A stretch of 64,000 nt of DNA from an uncultured Gemmatimonadales bacterium. GTDB taxonomy: Bacteria; Gemmatimonadota; Gemmatimonadetes; Gemmatimonadales; GWC2-71-9. The DNA is taken from the NCBI GenBank assembly GCA_963762545.1, contig CAVXLC010000002.1:1275629-1339628 (forward strand), in the 5' to 3' direction. Under the pieces are notes generated by a model. That model ran no database searches. It saw only the letters and a list, made by a program, of their open reading frames with translations, and was not told the DNA's origin. This document shows positions 1-7,713 of this stretch, piece by piece. Numbering within the stretch: position 1 is the stretch's first letter; the number at the start of each line of letters is the position of its first letter. The position numbers and the translations under genes were made by a program.

Positions 1-432
1 GCTCAATCCCACCGGCAGGCATTCCCCGACCGGGACCATGAAATTGGTGGGACCGAGCTTTTCCACGAGCTGCTCCAGCACCACGCCCGCCCCGACCTGC
101 ACCGACATGGTCTTGAGATCCACCACGATCTGATTGAATCCCGACAGATCGAGCAGCACGCCGCCGTCATTGGACGAGAACCCGCCGGGCGAGGTCCCGC
201 CCGCCCGGATCGAGATCCGGAGCTGCTGGTCGCGGGCAAAGCGGATGGTCAGGGCGACGTCATTGTCGGTGACGCAGGCCACGATGACCGCCGGCCGGTA
301 GTCGAAGCGGCGGTTGAGCAGCATCCGGCGCTGATCGTAGCCGGGGGTGTCCGACGTGAACGCGACCGCGTTGGGCGAGAGGCTCTTGCGAAGCTGCGCG
401 ACGCCCGAAAGAACGGCTGACGATACGGTCAC
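1..432 (-). CDS. FAD-binding oxidoreductase (PCMH / FAD_binding_4 type), N-terminal part; the 3' end lies beyond the window start
   Basis: My own translation of the minus strand in the frame ending at nt 1 has no stops: VTVSSAVLSGVAQLRKSLSPNAVAFTSDTPGYDQRRMLLNRRFDYRPAVIVACVTDNDVALTIRFARDQQLRISIRAGGTSPGGFSSNDGGVLLDLSGFNQIVVDLKTMSVQVGAGV. This is the typical FAD_binding_4 N-terminal pattern. GTG at 432 is taken as the start, with in-frame TTG alternatives at 468 and 486. It is absent from the ORF track because there is no stop in the window. Confidence 0.7.
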   Translation of the reverse strand, partial: MTVSSAVLSGVAQLRKSLSPNAVAFTSDTPGYDQRRMLLNRRFDYRPAVIVACVTDNDVALTIRFARDQQLRISIRAGGTSPGGFSSNDGGVLLDLSGFNQIVVDLKTMSVQVGAGVVLEQLVEKLGPTNFMVPVGECLPVGLS

Positions 433-524
433 GGGCGGTCCAGTCGGGGAGGGCGAGAACGTCGCCAACCCGGGAAGATTTGTCAAACCTCCACATTCTC
501 ATCAAAAACTGAGAATTACGCGAA

Positions 525-1316
525 TCAGCCGGTACTTTCCCGAATGGCCTTGACCGCCTGCGAGGCGCCCGCCACCAGCAATCCGGCCTCGCTATTGATG
601 CTGACCAGGCGCATCCCGCGGCGGGCCCAGTGGGCGGTCATGCCGGTGTCGTTGGTGTGGATCGCCGGAACGACCTTCCTGGCGGCGCATGCCGCCAGGG
701 TCTTTTCGATGGCGGCGACCAGCGTGGGATCGTCCATCTTCCCCGGCACGCCCAACGCCAGCGAGAGGTCGGTGGGCCCGATGAGGGCGGCATCGACTCC
801 CGGCACCGAGAGGATCTGATCCAGGCGGTCCACCGCCTCGGCGGTCTCGATCTGCACGATCAGGAAGGTCTCCCGGTTCATGGCGGCCAGCGTGTCGGCG
901 AGCGGCCCGGCGCGAAACGCCAGGTGGCCCCGGGACAGGACGGCTCCGCGCTTGCCCTCGGGGGCGTACTTCATGTATCGGACGCACTCCTCCACCTGGG
1001 CCCGCTCGGTCACCCGGGGCAACATGATCCCCTGGGCTCCGCCGTCCAGCGACTGGGCGACGTGCGCATAGGTGAGCTCGGGAATCCGGACGATGGGGGT
1101 GACCCCGGCATCGCGGGCCGCCCGGCTCAGATCGGCGATGGTTTCCACCGAGAAGGGGCCGTGCTCATTGTCGATCAGGACGAAGTCGAACCCGGCGTTC
1201 GCGAGCAGGGTCATGATGCCGGGCTGGCGGATTTCCACGAGCATGGTACCGATGACCGTCTGGCCGGCGTTGAGCTTTTCGCGGAGCCGGTTGGGCGGCA
1301 CGATCGATTCAGGCAT
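525..1316 (-). CDS. HpcH/HpaI-family 2-keto-3-deoxy-acid aldolase
   Basis: ORF 525..1436 trimmed to the internal ATG at 1316: MPESIVPPNRLREKLNAGQTVIGTML..DFVLIDNEHGP..VQIETAEAV..IGPTDLS. This is the characteristic HpcH_HpaI layout. The 40 upstream codons are Arg-rich and non-protein-like. Confidence 0.85.
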   Translation of the reverse strand: MPESIVPPNRLREKLNAGQTVIGTMLVEIRQPGIMTLLANAGFDFVLIDNEHGPFSVETIADLSRAARDAGVTPIVRIPELTYAHVAQSLDGGAQGIMLPRVTERAQVEECVRYMKYAPEGKRGAVLSRGHLAFRAGPLADTLAAMNRETFLIVQIETAEAVDRLDQILSVPGVDAALIGPTDLSLALGVPGKMDDPTLVAAIEKTLAACAARKVVPAIHTNDTGMTAHWARRGMRLVSINSEAGLLVAGASQAVKAIRESTG

Positions 1317-1353
1317 TGCGATTGTCCGGGGAAAGGAGACGACTTGCCACCAG

Positions 1354-1989
1354 CTACGTCTGCGGCGGCGGAGGCGTTGAAGGGAGGAGCGCCTCCCGCA
1401 ATGCGGCGATGGCCCGGCCGCGGTGGCTGACCGCATCCTTCTCCTCCGCGGTGGCCTCGCCGAAGGTCTGGTTCAACTCATCGCTCAGGAAGAGCGGGTC
1501 GTAGCCGAACCCGCCGGTGCCGCGCGGCTCTTCCAGAATCCGGCCGTTGCACGCCCCCTCGAAGGTCTCGGGAAACCCTCGCGGGGTGCGGTAGAGCACC
1601 AGCACGCAACGGTAGCGGGCGCGGCGCCGGGATTCCGGCGCGCCGCGCAGACGCTTGAGGAGATAGGCGTTGTTGGCGGCGGAGACCTGCGCCTCGGGGC
1701 CGTCGGCGCCGGCCCAGCGCCGAGACCGGACGCCGGGCTCGCCGCCCAGCGAGAGCACCTCGAGGCCGCTGTCGTCCGCGACGGTGGGGAGGCCGGTCTG
1801 CCGGGCGAAATACTCGGCCTTGGCGCGGGCGTTTCCGGTGAAGGAATCGTGCAGCTCGAGCCGGTCTTCCTCGGTGCCGGGGAATACCCCGGCCTGATCG
1901 GGAAAGACCAGGTCGATGCCGGGGCCCTCGAGCATGCGCCGGGCCTCGGCCTGCTTTCCCTTGCTCCGCGTGGCGAAGAGCAGCTTCAC
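1354..1989 (-). CDS. rdgB: Non-canonical purine NTP pyrophosphatase (RdgB/HAM1 family)
   Basis: GTG at 1989 overlaps the rph stop (GTGA at 1986-1989). Sequence [74 protein letters not shown] carries the Ham1 motifs. Confidence 0.85.
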   Translation of the reverse strand: MKLLFATRSKGKQAEARRMLEGPGIDLVFPDQAGVFPGTEEDRLELHDSFTGNARAKAEYFARQTGLPTVADDSGLEVLSLGGEPGVRSRRWAGADGPEAQVSAANNAYLLKRLRGAPESRRRARYRCVLVLYRTPRGFPETFEGACNGRILEEPRGTGGFGYDPLFLSDELNQTFGEATAEEKDAVSHRGRAIAALREALLPSTPPPPQT

Positions 1990-2696
1990 CAGCCCAGCGC
2001 CTTCCGCTGGATGTCGAACAGCGTGGTGATGCCGCGCCCGGCCTGGTCCACCACGGCATCGAGCTCGGCCCGGGTAAAGGTGCCATGCTCGCCGGTGCCC
2101 TGGACCTCGACGAACGCTTCCGGCGCCCGCATCACCACGTTGGCGTCCACCCCCGCGTCCTTGTCTTCGGCATAGGCCAGGTCGAGCATCACCTCTCCTT
2201 CGACGATGCCGACCGACACCGCCGCGACCAGCGCGCCGAAGGCGGTGGGCCGGGAGGTGCGGTCGGCCAGCCAGGCGCACGCATCGGCCAGGGCCACGCA
2301 GCCGCCGGTGATGGCCGCGGTGCGGGTGCCGCCGTCGGCCTGGAGCACATCGCAGTCGATCCGGATGGTGTATTCGCCGAACGCCATGGTGCCCATCGCG
2401 GCGCGGAGCGACCGCCCGATCAGTCGCTGGATTTCCGAGCTCCGGCCCCCGGGGCCGGTCCGCTCGCGGGAGGTGCGCTCCAGGGTGGCGCGGGGGAGCA
2501 TGGCGTATTCGGCGGTGACCCAGCCCTCCCCCGAGCCCTTCTTGAACGACGGCACGCCCGGCTCCACGCTCGCGGTGCAGTGGACCAGGGTGCCTCCGGC
2601 GCGAATCAGGCAGGATCCTTCGGCGTAGGGATTGGCGCCGCGCTCGAGCACCACGGGTCGCAGCTGATCGTTGGCTCGCCCATCAAGTCGGGGCAC
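1986..2696 (-). CDS. rph: Ribonuclease PH
   Basis: 236-aa ORF: [81 protein letters not shown]. This is an unambiguous RNase PH signature. The start is GTG. Confidence 0.95.
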   Translation of the reverse strand: MPRLDGRANDQLRPVVLERGANPYAEGSCLIRAGGTLVHCTASVEPGVPSFKKGSGEGWVTAEYAMLPRATLERTSRERTGPGGRSSEIQRLIGRSLRAAMGTMAFGEYTIRIDCDVLQADGGTRTAAITGGCVALADACAWLADRTSRPTAFGALVAAVSVGIVEGEVMLDLAYAEDKDAGVDANVVMRAPEAFVEVQGTGEHGTFTRAELDAVVDQAGRGITTLFDIQRKALGW

Positions 2697-3162
2697 GGCT
2701 CTTCTCCACGAGGGCGGTAGTGGAATATCCGGGAACCAGCGGAATCGTGACGACGCGTCCGCCGGCCGCCTCGACCAGGTCGGCGCCGACGATGCTGTCG
2801 CGGGTGTAGTCGCCGCCCTTGACCAGCACGTCAGGCGCGAGGCTCCGGATCAGCTCGAGCGGCGTCGGCGCGTCGAACAGGACCACGCGGTCCACCGCCT
2901 CGAGCGCGGCGAGGACCCGGGCGCGGGCGGCCTCTCCCGCCACCGGCCGCCCGGCGCCCTTGCCGAGCGCGCGCGCCGACCGGTCGGAATTTACCGCCAC
3001 GAGAAGGTGATCGCCCAGCGCCCGGGCGGCCTCGAGGTACTCGACATGGCCGGGATGGAGCAGATCGAAGACGCCGTTGGTGAACACCAGGCGACCGGCG
3101 AGACCCTGCCGCCAGGCCAGGGCGGCGGACGGCGTCAGCAGTTTGTGGGAGCTTGCCCGCAT
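2683..3162 (-). CDS. D-glycero-beta-D-manno-heptose 1-phosphate adenylyltransferase (stand-alone RfaE domain II, cytidylyltransferase fold)
   Basis: 159 aa: [79 protein letters not shown]. It overlaps the rph start by 14 nt. Confidence 0.85.
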   Translation of the reverse strand: MRASSHKLLTPSAALAWRQGLAGRLVFTNGVFDLLHPGHVEYLEAARALGDHLLVAVNSDRSARALGKGAGRPVAGEAARARVLAALEAVDRVVLFDAPTPLELIRSLAPDVLVKGGDYTRDSIVGADLVEAAGGRVVTIPLVPGYSTTALVEKSRAPT

Positions 3163-3168
3163 TCCGCG

Positions 3169-3540
3169 CTACTGGCGGACTTCGACCGCGGGATTCAGCG
3201 CCAGGCGCCGCCGGGTGAACGGCAGAACGATATCGACGGAATAGTGGGTGCGAATCGAGACGACCGGCGGATGCTCCGTCCGCCGGATGATGAAGTGCTG
3301 CGACTCCGCGGGCAGGCTCAGGTCCTGGGTGATGCCGACGAGGTGCTTGACGATCGCCTCGTCGGGCTGGGTCTGGGCAAACCGCGCGCTGGTTTCCATC
3401 TCGTCGATCAGCCGGTAGTAGTTCCAGTACACCCGCCCGATGTCCACCCCGTAGTAGAGCACGGCCATGAACAGCAGGATGGCCACCAGGCACCCCAGGG
3501 TGCTCGCCCCGCGACGGTTCCGGCGCGTTTCGGTCACCAT
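3169..3540 (-). CDS. Hypothetical single-pass membrane protein
   Basis: ORF 3169..3990 trimmed to the ATG at 3540, which overlaps the upstream gene's stop region. It has one hydrophobic helix (TLGCLVAILLFMAVLYYGV) and no family I recognise. Confidence 0.5.
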   Translation of the reverse strand: MVTETRRNRRGASTLGCLVAILLFMAVLYYGVDIGRVYWNYYRLIDEMETSARFAQTQPDEAIVKHLVGITQDLSLPAESQHFIIRRTEHPPVVSIRTHYSVDIVLPFTRRRLALNPAVEVRQ

Positions 3541-4070
3541 TGGGATTGGGCTCCCTCCACGATGTCGGTGATGAGCTTGTCGAGCGCCTTCTTGCGTCCC
3601 TGCGCTTCCTGGTTGGGATCGTATTCGCCCTGTACCATGAGGCCCTGGCGCTCCCAGAGCACCTTGTTGGCCTTCTGGTCCATGATCTTCACGTCGATGC
3701 TGATCTGGACCATCCGCCGGGTTACCTCCACCTGATTGCCGGTGGTCTGCGTGGTGCCGGTAAAGGTCAGCGGCAGGTCGGGATCGTAGCGCCGCACGAT
3801 CCCGGTCACCAGCGCATCGGCCTGGTCCTCTCCCGCCTGCCGCAGTCCGAGCCGCTTCTCCACGGCTTCCCGCACCGCCTGGGTGATTTCCTGGGTGAGA
3901 ATCGGCTCCGGGGTCAGATTGTCGAACGGCACCACGGCGACGGTTCGAATATTCGGCGGCAAGCCCCCGCCGGAGAACTTGTACAGACACGCGCCGAGCG
4001 GGAGCGTGCTAACGCTCAGGAGGAGCAGGGCGAGTCCAGGTATCCGGCGCAAAGGGTTTTGCCTTCTCAT
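3534..4070 (-). CDS. LptE-like LPS-assembly lipoprotein (putative)
   Basis: Signal peptide with lipobox MRRQNPLRRIPGLALLLLSVSTLPLGAC. The size (178 aa) and sequence (VAVVPFDN.T.EP.L....T.AV) resemble LptE/RlpB-type lipoproteins. The family call is tentative. Confidence 0.55.
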   Translation of the reverse strand: MRRQNPLRRIPGLALLLLSVSTLPLGACLYKFSGGGLPPNIRTVAVVPFDNLTPEPILTQEITQAVREAVEKRLGLRQAGEDQADALVTGIVRRYDPDLPLTFTGTTQTTGNQVEVTRRMVQISIDVKIMDQKANKVLWERQGLMVQGEYDPNQEAQGRKKALDKLITDIVEGAQSQW

Positions 4071-4722
4071 TCTGGTAGAAAGTCAGGTCCAGTTTGGCGG
4101 CCGGTTTCTGGACCACCAGACGCGAGACCGACGGAAGGCCGTCGGGACCGAATTTCGTCTCGACCCGACCCAGCCGCTTGGTGCCCTGGCGAACCTCAGC
4201 GATGAGGCGGTTGGCGGGTCCGGTCTCCCGCACGTACTCCAGAGTATCCCCCCCGGCTACGAATTGCCAAGCAGTAATGGTGCCGTCTGCAAAGGTCCGC
4301 ACCGCCGAGCCGGGGCCCGGCCCCCGGGCGATGCCAAGCATCGCCCAGAACAGGGGATAGTTGGGCACCAGCTTCTCGACGTCCTTCTCGGGATCGGCCC
4401 AGAGCGCGGTATCGCCGGCCACGAACGCCGCGGCTCGCCCGGAGCCCAGCGGGCCCACGACGTCGAAGCGCACCGAGTCGGGCAGCGCCAGCCGGGCCCG
4501 GCCGCGGCCCCCGGCGGAGCCCTGCTCATCCTGGAACTTGAACCGGAACCGGATCTCCCGCCGCTCCGCGGGGAGCGTGGACCGGGCCCATTCGGCGGCG
4601 GCATCTCTCGTCGCGGGCGCCAGGCCGGCCGGCATGGGGAGCGGGGCCAGGCCTCCTCCGGTGCAGGCGGCGAGCAGCAGCAGCAGCGCCAGGGGGAATG
4701 TGCGGAGCATCGGGTGCATCAT
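4009..4722 (-). CDS. Outer-membrane lipoprotein, LolB/DUF4292-like (putative)
   Basis: Lipoprotein signal MMHPMLRTFPLALLLLLAAC. It is 237 aa and predicted beta-rich. The functional label is weak. It overlaps the downstream LptE-like gene by 62 nt. Confidence 0.5.
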   Translation of the reverse strand: MMHPMLRTFPLALLLLLAACTGGGLAPLPMPAGLAPATRDAAAEWARSTLPAERREIRFRFKFQDEQGSAGGRGRARLALPDSVRFDVVGPLGSGRAAAFVAGDTALWADPEKDVEKLVPNYPLFWAMLGIARGPGPGSAVRTFADGTITAWQFVAGGDTLEYVRETGPANRLIAEVRQGTKRLGRVETKFGPDGLPSVSRLVVQKPAAKLDLTFYQNEKAKPFAPDTWTRPAPPER

Positions 4723-4740
4723 AGCGGGAGCGGTGGGCGC

Positions 4741-5178
4741 TCAGAAGAGGCGGAGCGGCTCGGGGGAGGCGGGCAGCAGCGCGGCCACCTCGGGAGGCAG
4801 CCGCGACCAGCCGAAATCCGCGCCCAGCACCAGCATCGAGGTCTCGGCGGTCGCGAGCAGGCTGGAACGGTCGGGACAGTCCACCGCGTACCCGAAGATG
4901 ATCCGCCGCGGCACGCACTCCCGGACCCAGCAGCGCACCCGCACCAGGTCGTCGTAGCGCGCCGGCTGCCGGTACCGGATGCGGAGGTCGCCGACCGCCA
5001 GCCGGAGCCCCCGCTGCTCCAGGTCGGCGTAGGAGATGCCGGTGCGCCGGACATGCTCGCACCGCGCGATGTCGAGCCAGACCAGGTAGCGGGCGTGGTA
5101 CACCACCCCCATCTGGTCGGTTTCGCTGTAGTTCACCCGGACGAACGTCTCCGACACGCCCGGCAGATCTGGTGTCAT
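4741..5178 (-). CDS. Acyl-CoA thioesterase, 4HBT/YbgC family
   Basis: ORF 4741..5979 trimmed to the ATG at 5178: VRVNYSETDQMGVVYHARYLVWLDIARCEHVRRTGISYADLEQRG..LAVGDLRIRYRQPARYDDLV. This is a hotdog-fold thioesterase. Confidence 0.85.
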   Translation of the reverse strand: MTPDLPGVSETFVRVNYSETDQMGVVYHARYLVWLDIARCEHVRRTGISYADLEQRGLRLAVGDLRIRYRQPARYDDLVRVRCWVRECVPRRIIFGYAVDCPDRSSLLATAETSMLVLGADFGWSRLPPEVAALLPASPEPLRLF

Positions 5179-5205
5179 CTTGCCTCCCGGTCCTATCTTC
5201 GTGCG

Positions 5206-5937
5206 ATGCCCATGGAACGCCTCGTCATCGTCTCGGATTCGCATCTGGGCGCGGTCCCCGACAGCGTGGAGGAGGCGTTTCTCGCCTTCCTCGACCAGGT
5301 CGAGCACCTGGGCGACGGGCTCCTGGTCAACGGGGACCTCTTCGATTTCTGGTTTTCCTACCGCCGGGTGATTCCCCGCGCCGGCATCCGGGTCGCCGCC
5401 CGGCTGGGCGAGCTGGCCCGCCGCATCCCCGTGGCGATGACCGGCGGCAACCACGACCGGTGGGGCGGCACCTTCTGGGAATCCGAGCTGGACATCCGGT
5501 ACGGCTCCCAGGAGCTGCGGCTCGACCTGGGCGGCCGGACGGTCCTGGCCATTCACGGCGACGGCGTGGCCGAAGCGCACTGGAAAGGCCGGCTCATGCA
5601 CAAGATCACCCGGCATCCGGTCAGCTCGGCGCTCTACGGCCTGCTGCATCCCGACGCCGGGATCTGGCTGGTGAAGCGCTTCAGCCGTCACCTGGCGGAC
5701 TCGACCCGGGACCGGGCCGTGCTCGATGCCGCGGCGGTCCGCCAGCGGGTCTGGGCCGAGGAGCGACTGGCGGCGGAGCCCGACGTCTCGCTGCTGGTGA
5801 TGGGACATACCCACCGCCCCGCCCTGACCGAGCCGCGGCCGGGACAGCGCTATCTCAACCCCGGCGCCTGGCTCGACGGACTCCGCTACGCCATCGCCAC
5901 CGACCAGGAGGTGGAGCTCAGGCAGTTCCCAGCGTGA
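5206..5937 (+). CDS. lpxH: UDP-2,3-diacylglucosamine diphosphatase
   Basis: Start is the ATG at 5206 inside the long shadow ORF 3883..5937. Metallophosphoesterase motifs are VSDSHLG, NGDLFDFWF, GGNHDRW, IHGD and GHTHRPA. The C-terminal LNPGAW..VELRQFPA parallels E. coli LpxH. Confidence 0.85.
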   Translation: MPMERLVIVSDSHLGAVPDSVEEAFLAFLDQVEHLGDGLLVNGDLFDFWFSYRRVIPRAGIRVAARLGELARRIPVAMTGGNHDRWGGTFWESELDIRYGSQELRLDLGGRTVLAIHGDGVAEAHWKGRLMHKITRHPVSSALYGLLHPDAGIWLVKRFSRHLADSTRDRAVLDAAAVRQRVWAEERLAAEPDVSLLVMGHTHRPALTEPRPGQRYLNPGAWLDGLRYAIATDQEVELRQFPA

Positions 5938-6724
5938 CCACCTCCGCATGGCCGAGCCGGCCTCCCAGGAACCGCGCACCCACGCTCTGAAAGCGAACCG
6001 GATCGTCGCTCACCGCAAACCGGTGGGAGGCCGCGCGCCCGGGCGGCGCCTCGAGCCCCGACTCCACCAGGGTCCGTTCGAGGGCCCGCGCGGTCTCTTC
6101 GGCGCTGTCGATCAGCCGCACCTCGGCCCCCATGACGTCCTGGAGCAGCGGCTTGAGCAGCGGATAGTGGGTGCAGCCCAGCACCAGGGTGCCGACCCGG
6201 CGCGCCCGCAGCGGTGCGAGGTACTCGGCGGCCACGAGCCGGGTGGCGGGGTGATCGAACCAGCCCTCCTCCACCAGCGGGACGAACAGGGGACACGGCA
6301 CCGCCACCACTTCGGTGCCGGGCGCCAGCCTCCGGATCTCACGCTCGTAGGCACCGCTCCCGATGGTCCCGGCGGTCCCGATGACGCCGACCGGGAGCCC
6401 GCGGGCCGCCGCCACCGCGGCGCGGGCGCCCGGCTCGATCACCCCGATCACCGGCACCGGCGAGGCGCTCCGCAGCGCCTCGAGGGCGTGGGCGGTGCTG
6501 GTGTTGCACGCCACCACGATGGCCTTGACGCCCTGGGCCAGCAGCCACTCCATGATCTCGAGGCTGTAGCGGCGCACGGTGTCGGCGGACTTGGGGCCGT
6601 AGGGCACCCGCGCGGTGTCGCCGAAGTAGATGGTGGAATCGTGGGGGAGCCGCTCGAAGATCGCGTGGGCCACCGTCAGCCCGCCCAGCCCGGAATCGAA
6701 GATGCCGATCGGCGCGGGGTTCAC
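5918..6724 (-). CDS. murI: Glutamate racemase
   Basis: PIGIFDSGLGGLTV..YFGDTARVPYG..IVVACNTSTA..VIGVIEPG..LVLGCTHYPLL. These are the canonical MurI motifs, including both catalytic Cys contexts. Confidence 0.95.
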   Translation of the reverse strand: MNPAPIGIFDSGLGGLTVAHAIFERLPHDSTIYFGDTARVPYGPKSADTVRRYSLEIMEWLLAQGVKAIVVACNTSTAHALEALRSASPVPVIGVIEPGARAAVAAARGLPVGVIGTAGTIGSGAYEREIRRLAPGTEVVAVPCPLFVPLVEEGWFDHPATRLVAAEYLAPLRARRVGTLVLGCTHYPLLKPLLQDVMGAEVRLIDSAEETARALERTLVESGLEAPPGRAASHRFAVSDDPVRFQSVGARFLGGRLGHAEVVTLGTA

Positions 6725-7191
6725 GGGATGCGGAACGGGACCACCGCCTGTATGCCGACGCCACGGGGCGCGGGCCGGAACTTGACGTCGGAGGGAAAAT
6801 CCTTGAGGTGGGCGCTCACGTACGCCTCGAGCCCCGAAAACAGATGATTGAACGCCAGCATCACCAGCCAGTCCTGCCGCTCGGCCTTCTTGCCGACAAT
6901 CCGGGTGGAATCCGCCCCGATGCGGCGGAGGTAGCGCACCTCGCCCGCGGCCTTGAGCGACATGCCGAGGGAGACGCCTTCCCAGGTCACGAAGAGGGCG
7001 GCGGTGAGCTTCCGGTTGAGCCTGGATTGGCCCCAGCCGGGGATAGCGAGCGAAAGGAAGAAGGCGGGCAGCGGACGGAGGCCATGGGTCGTGTCAGGTA
7101 CAGAGGGAGGAGGGAGGAGGGAGGAGGGAGGAGAGGGAGGAGAGGGAGGAGGGGCCCCGGGCTGCTGGGCGAGCAGCGGCGCCGCCGCCAC
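6721..7191 (-). CDS. Hypothetical membrane protein with a Pro-rich N-terminus
   Basis: ORF 6721..7320 cannot start at 7320 because codons 1-38 overlap the tRNA at 7209-7306. The first in-frame start below the tRNA is GTG at 7191. Sequence PLPAFFLSLAIPGWGQSRLNRKLTAALFVTWEGVSLG looks like a small integral membrane protein. The start is uncertain. Confidence 0.45.
   Translation of the reverse strand: MAAAPLLAQQPGAPPPSPPSPPSSLLPPPSVPDTTHGLRPLPAFFLSLAIPGWGQSRLNRKLTAALFVTWEGVSLGMSLKAAGEVRYLRRIGADSTRIVGKKAERQDWLVMLAFNHLFSGLEAYVSAHLKDFPSDVKFRPAPRGVGIQAVVPFRIP
7102..7154. repeat. 53-nt homopurine tract: (GGGAGGA)x4 in tandem plus two further copies separated by GA
   Basis: Read directly: AGA GGGAGGA GGGAGGA GGGAGGA GGGAGGA GA GGGAGGA GA GGGAGGA GGGG on the plus strand. 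It encodes the PPSPPSPPSSLLPPPS segment of the minus-strand CDS. Confidence 0.9.
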
Positions 7192-7208
7192 GAGGAGTCC
7201 GAGAAGGG

Positions 7209-7306
7209 TGGCGGGAGCGTGTGGGAATCGAACCCACCGGAGCAGCCGAAGGCGTCTCCATCGCGGTTTTGAAGACCGGCCGGACCACCAGGCCCGATCC
7301 GCCCCC
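7209..7306 (-). tRNA. selC: tRNA-Sec (selenocysteine tRNA, anticodon UCA)
   Basis: The reverse complement folds as GGGGGCGG-AT-CGGGCC-TGGT-GGTCCG-G-CCGGT-CTTCAAA-ACCGC-(25-nt variable arm)-GTGGG-TTCGATT-CCCAC-ACGCTCCC-G-CCA. It has a 6-bp D stem with a 4-nt loop, a long variable arm, a 5-bp T stem, an 8-position acceptor (7 pairs plus a G.A), anticodon TCA at 7270-7272, and an encoded CCA. This 8/5 architecture parallels E. coli selC. The anticodon stem has one C.C mismatch. Confidence 0.8.
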
Positions 7307-7323
7307 GCCCTATCTCGCATCGC

Positions 7324-7713
7324 TCAGCGCTCGCCCTTGACGGCCACGACTTCGATTTCCACCAGGACGTTGCGCGGCAACCCCGCCGCCGCCACGGTGC
7401 TCCGGGCCGGGCGGTGCGCGCCGAACCGCCGGGCGTACACCTCGTTCATTCCGGCGAAGTCGCTCATGCTCTGGAGGAACACGGTGGTCTTGAGCACCCG
7501 GGACAGGTCCGACCCGGCGGCCTTGAGCACCGCTTCCAGGTTCGAGAGGACCCGCTCGGTCTGCTCGGCGATGCCTTCGGCCACGATCTCCATGGTGGCC
7601 GGGTCCAGGGCGATCTGGCCGGCGGAGTAGATCAGGTTTCCGTAGGTCACGGCCTGGCTGTAGGGGCCGATGGCCTTGGGGGCATCGGCGGTCGACACGA
7701 ATCCGATGGTCAT
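7324..7713 (-). CDS. ridA: RidA/YjgF-family reactive-intermediate (enamine/imine) deaminase
   Basis: ATG at 7713 shares one base with the fhs TAA stop. Sequence: APKAIGPYSQAV..GNLIYSAGQIALDP.T..IV..GIAEQTERVLSNL.AVL.AAG..L..V.KTTVFL..M.DFA.MNEVY..F.....PARSTV. Confidence 0.9.
   Translation of the reverse strand: MTIGFVSTADAPKAIGPYSQAVTYGNLIYSAGQIALDPATMEIVAEGIAEQTERVLSNLEAVLKAAGSDLSRVLKTTVFLQSMSDFAGMNEVYARRFGAHRPARSTVAAAGLPRNVLVEIEVVAVKGER

Noticed and set aside
3-505. ORFs 3..239 (minus strand) and 260..505 (minus strand)
   Set aside because: Both are out of frame relative to the FAD-binding oxidoreductase frame (1..432), which gives a clean FAD_binding_4-like sequence. Their translations are Arg/Ser/Trp-rich.
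495-516. Inverted repeat ATTCTCA-N8-TGAGAAT after the aldolase stop, as a terminator or operator
   Set aside because: The stem is short and AT-rich with no following U-tract on the minus strand. The nearby TTGACA (reverse complement of 481-486) has no matching -10. It is too weak to call.
6721-7320. Full-length 199-aa ORF starting at the ATG at 7320
   Set aside because: Its first 38 codons would be translated through the tRNA-Sec gene (7209-7306), and they encode Arg/Trp-rich junk. The CDS was trimmed to GTG 7191.
7307-7323. selC-associated genomic island or integrase
   Set aside because: selC is a known integration hotspot, but the flanks here are ordinary housekeeping genes (ridA/fhs, murI). 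There is no integrase, no direct repeat of the tRNA 3' end and no compositional break.
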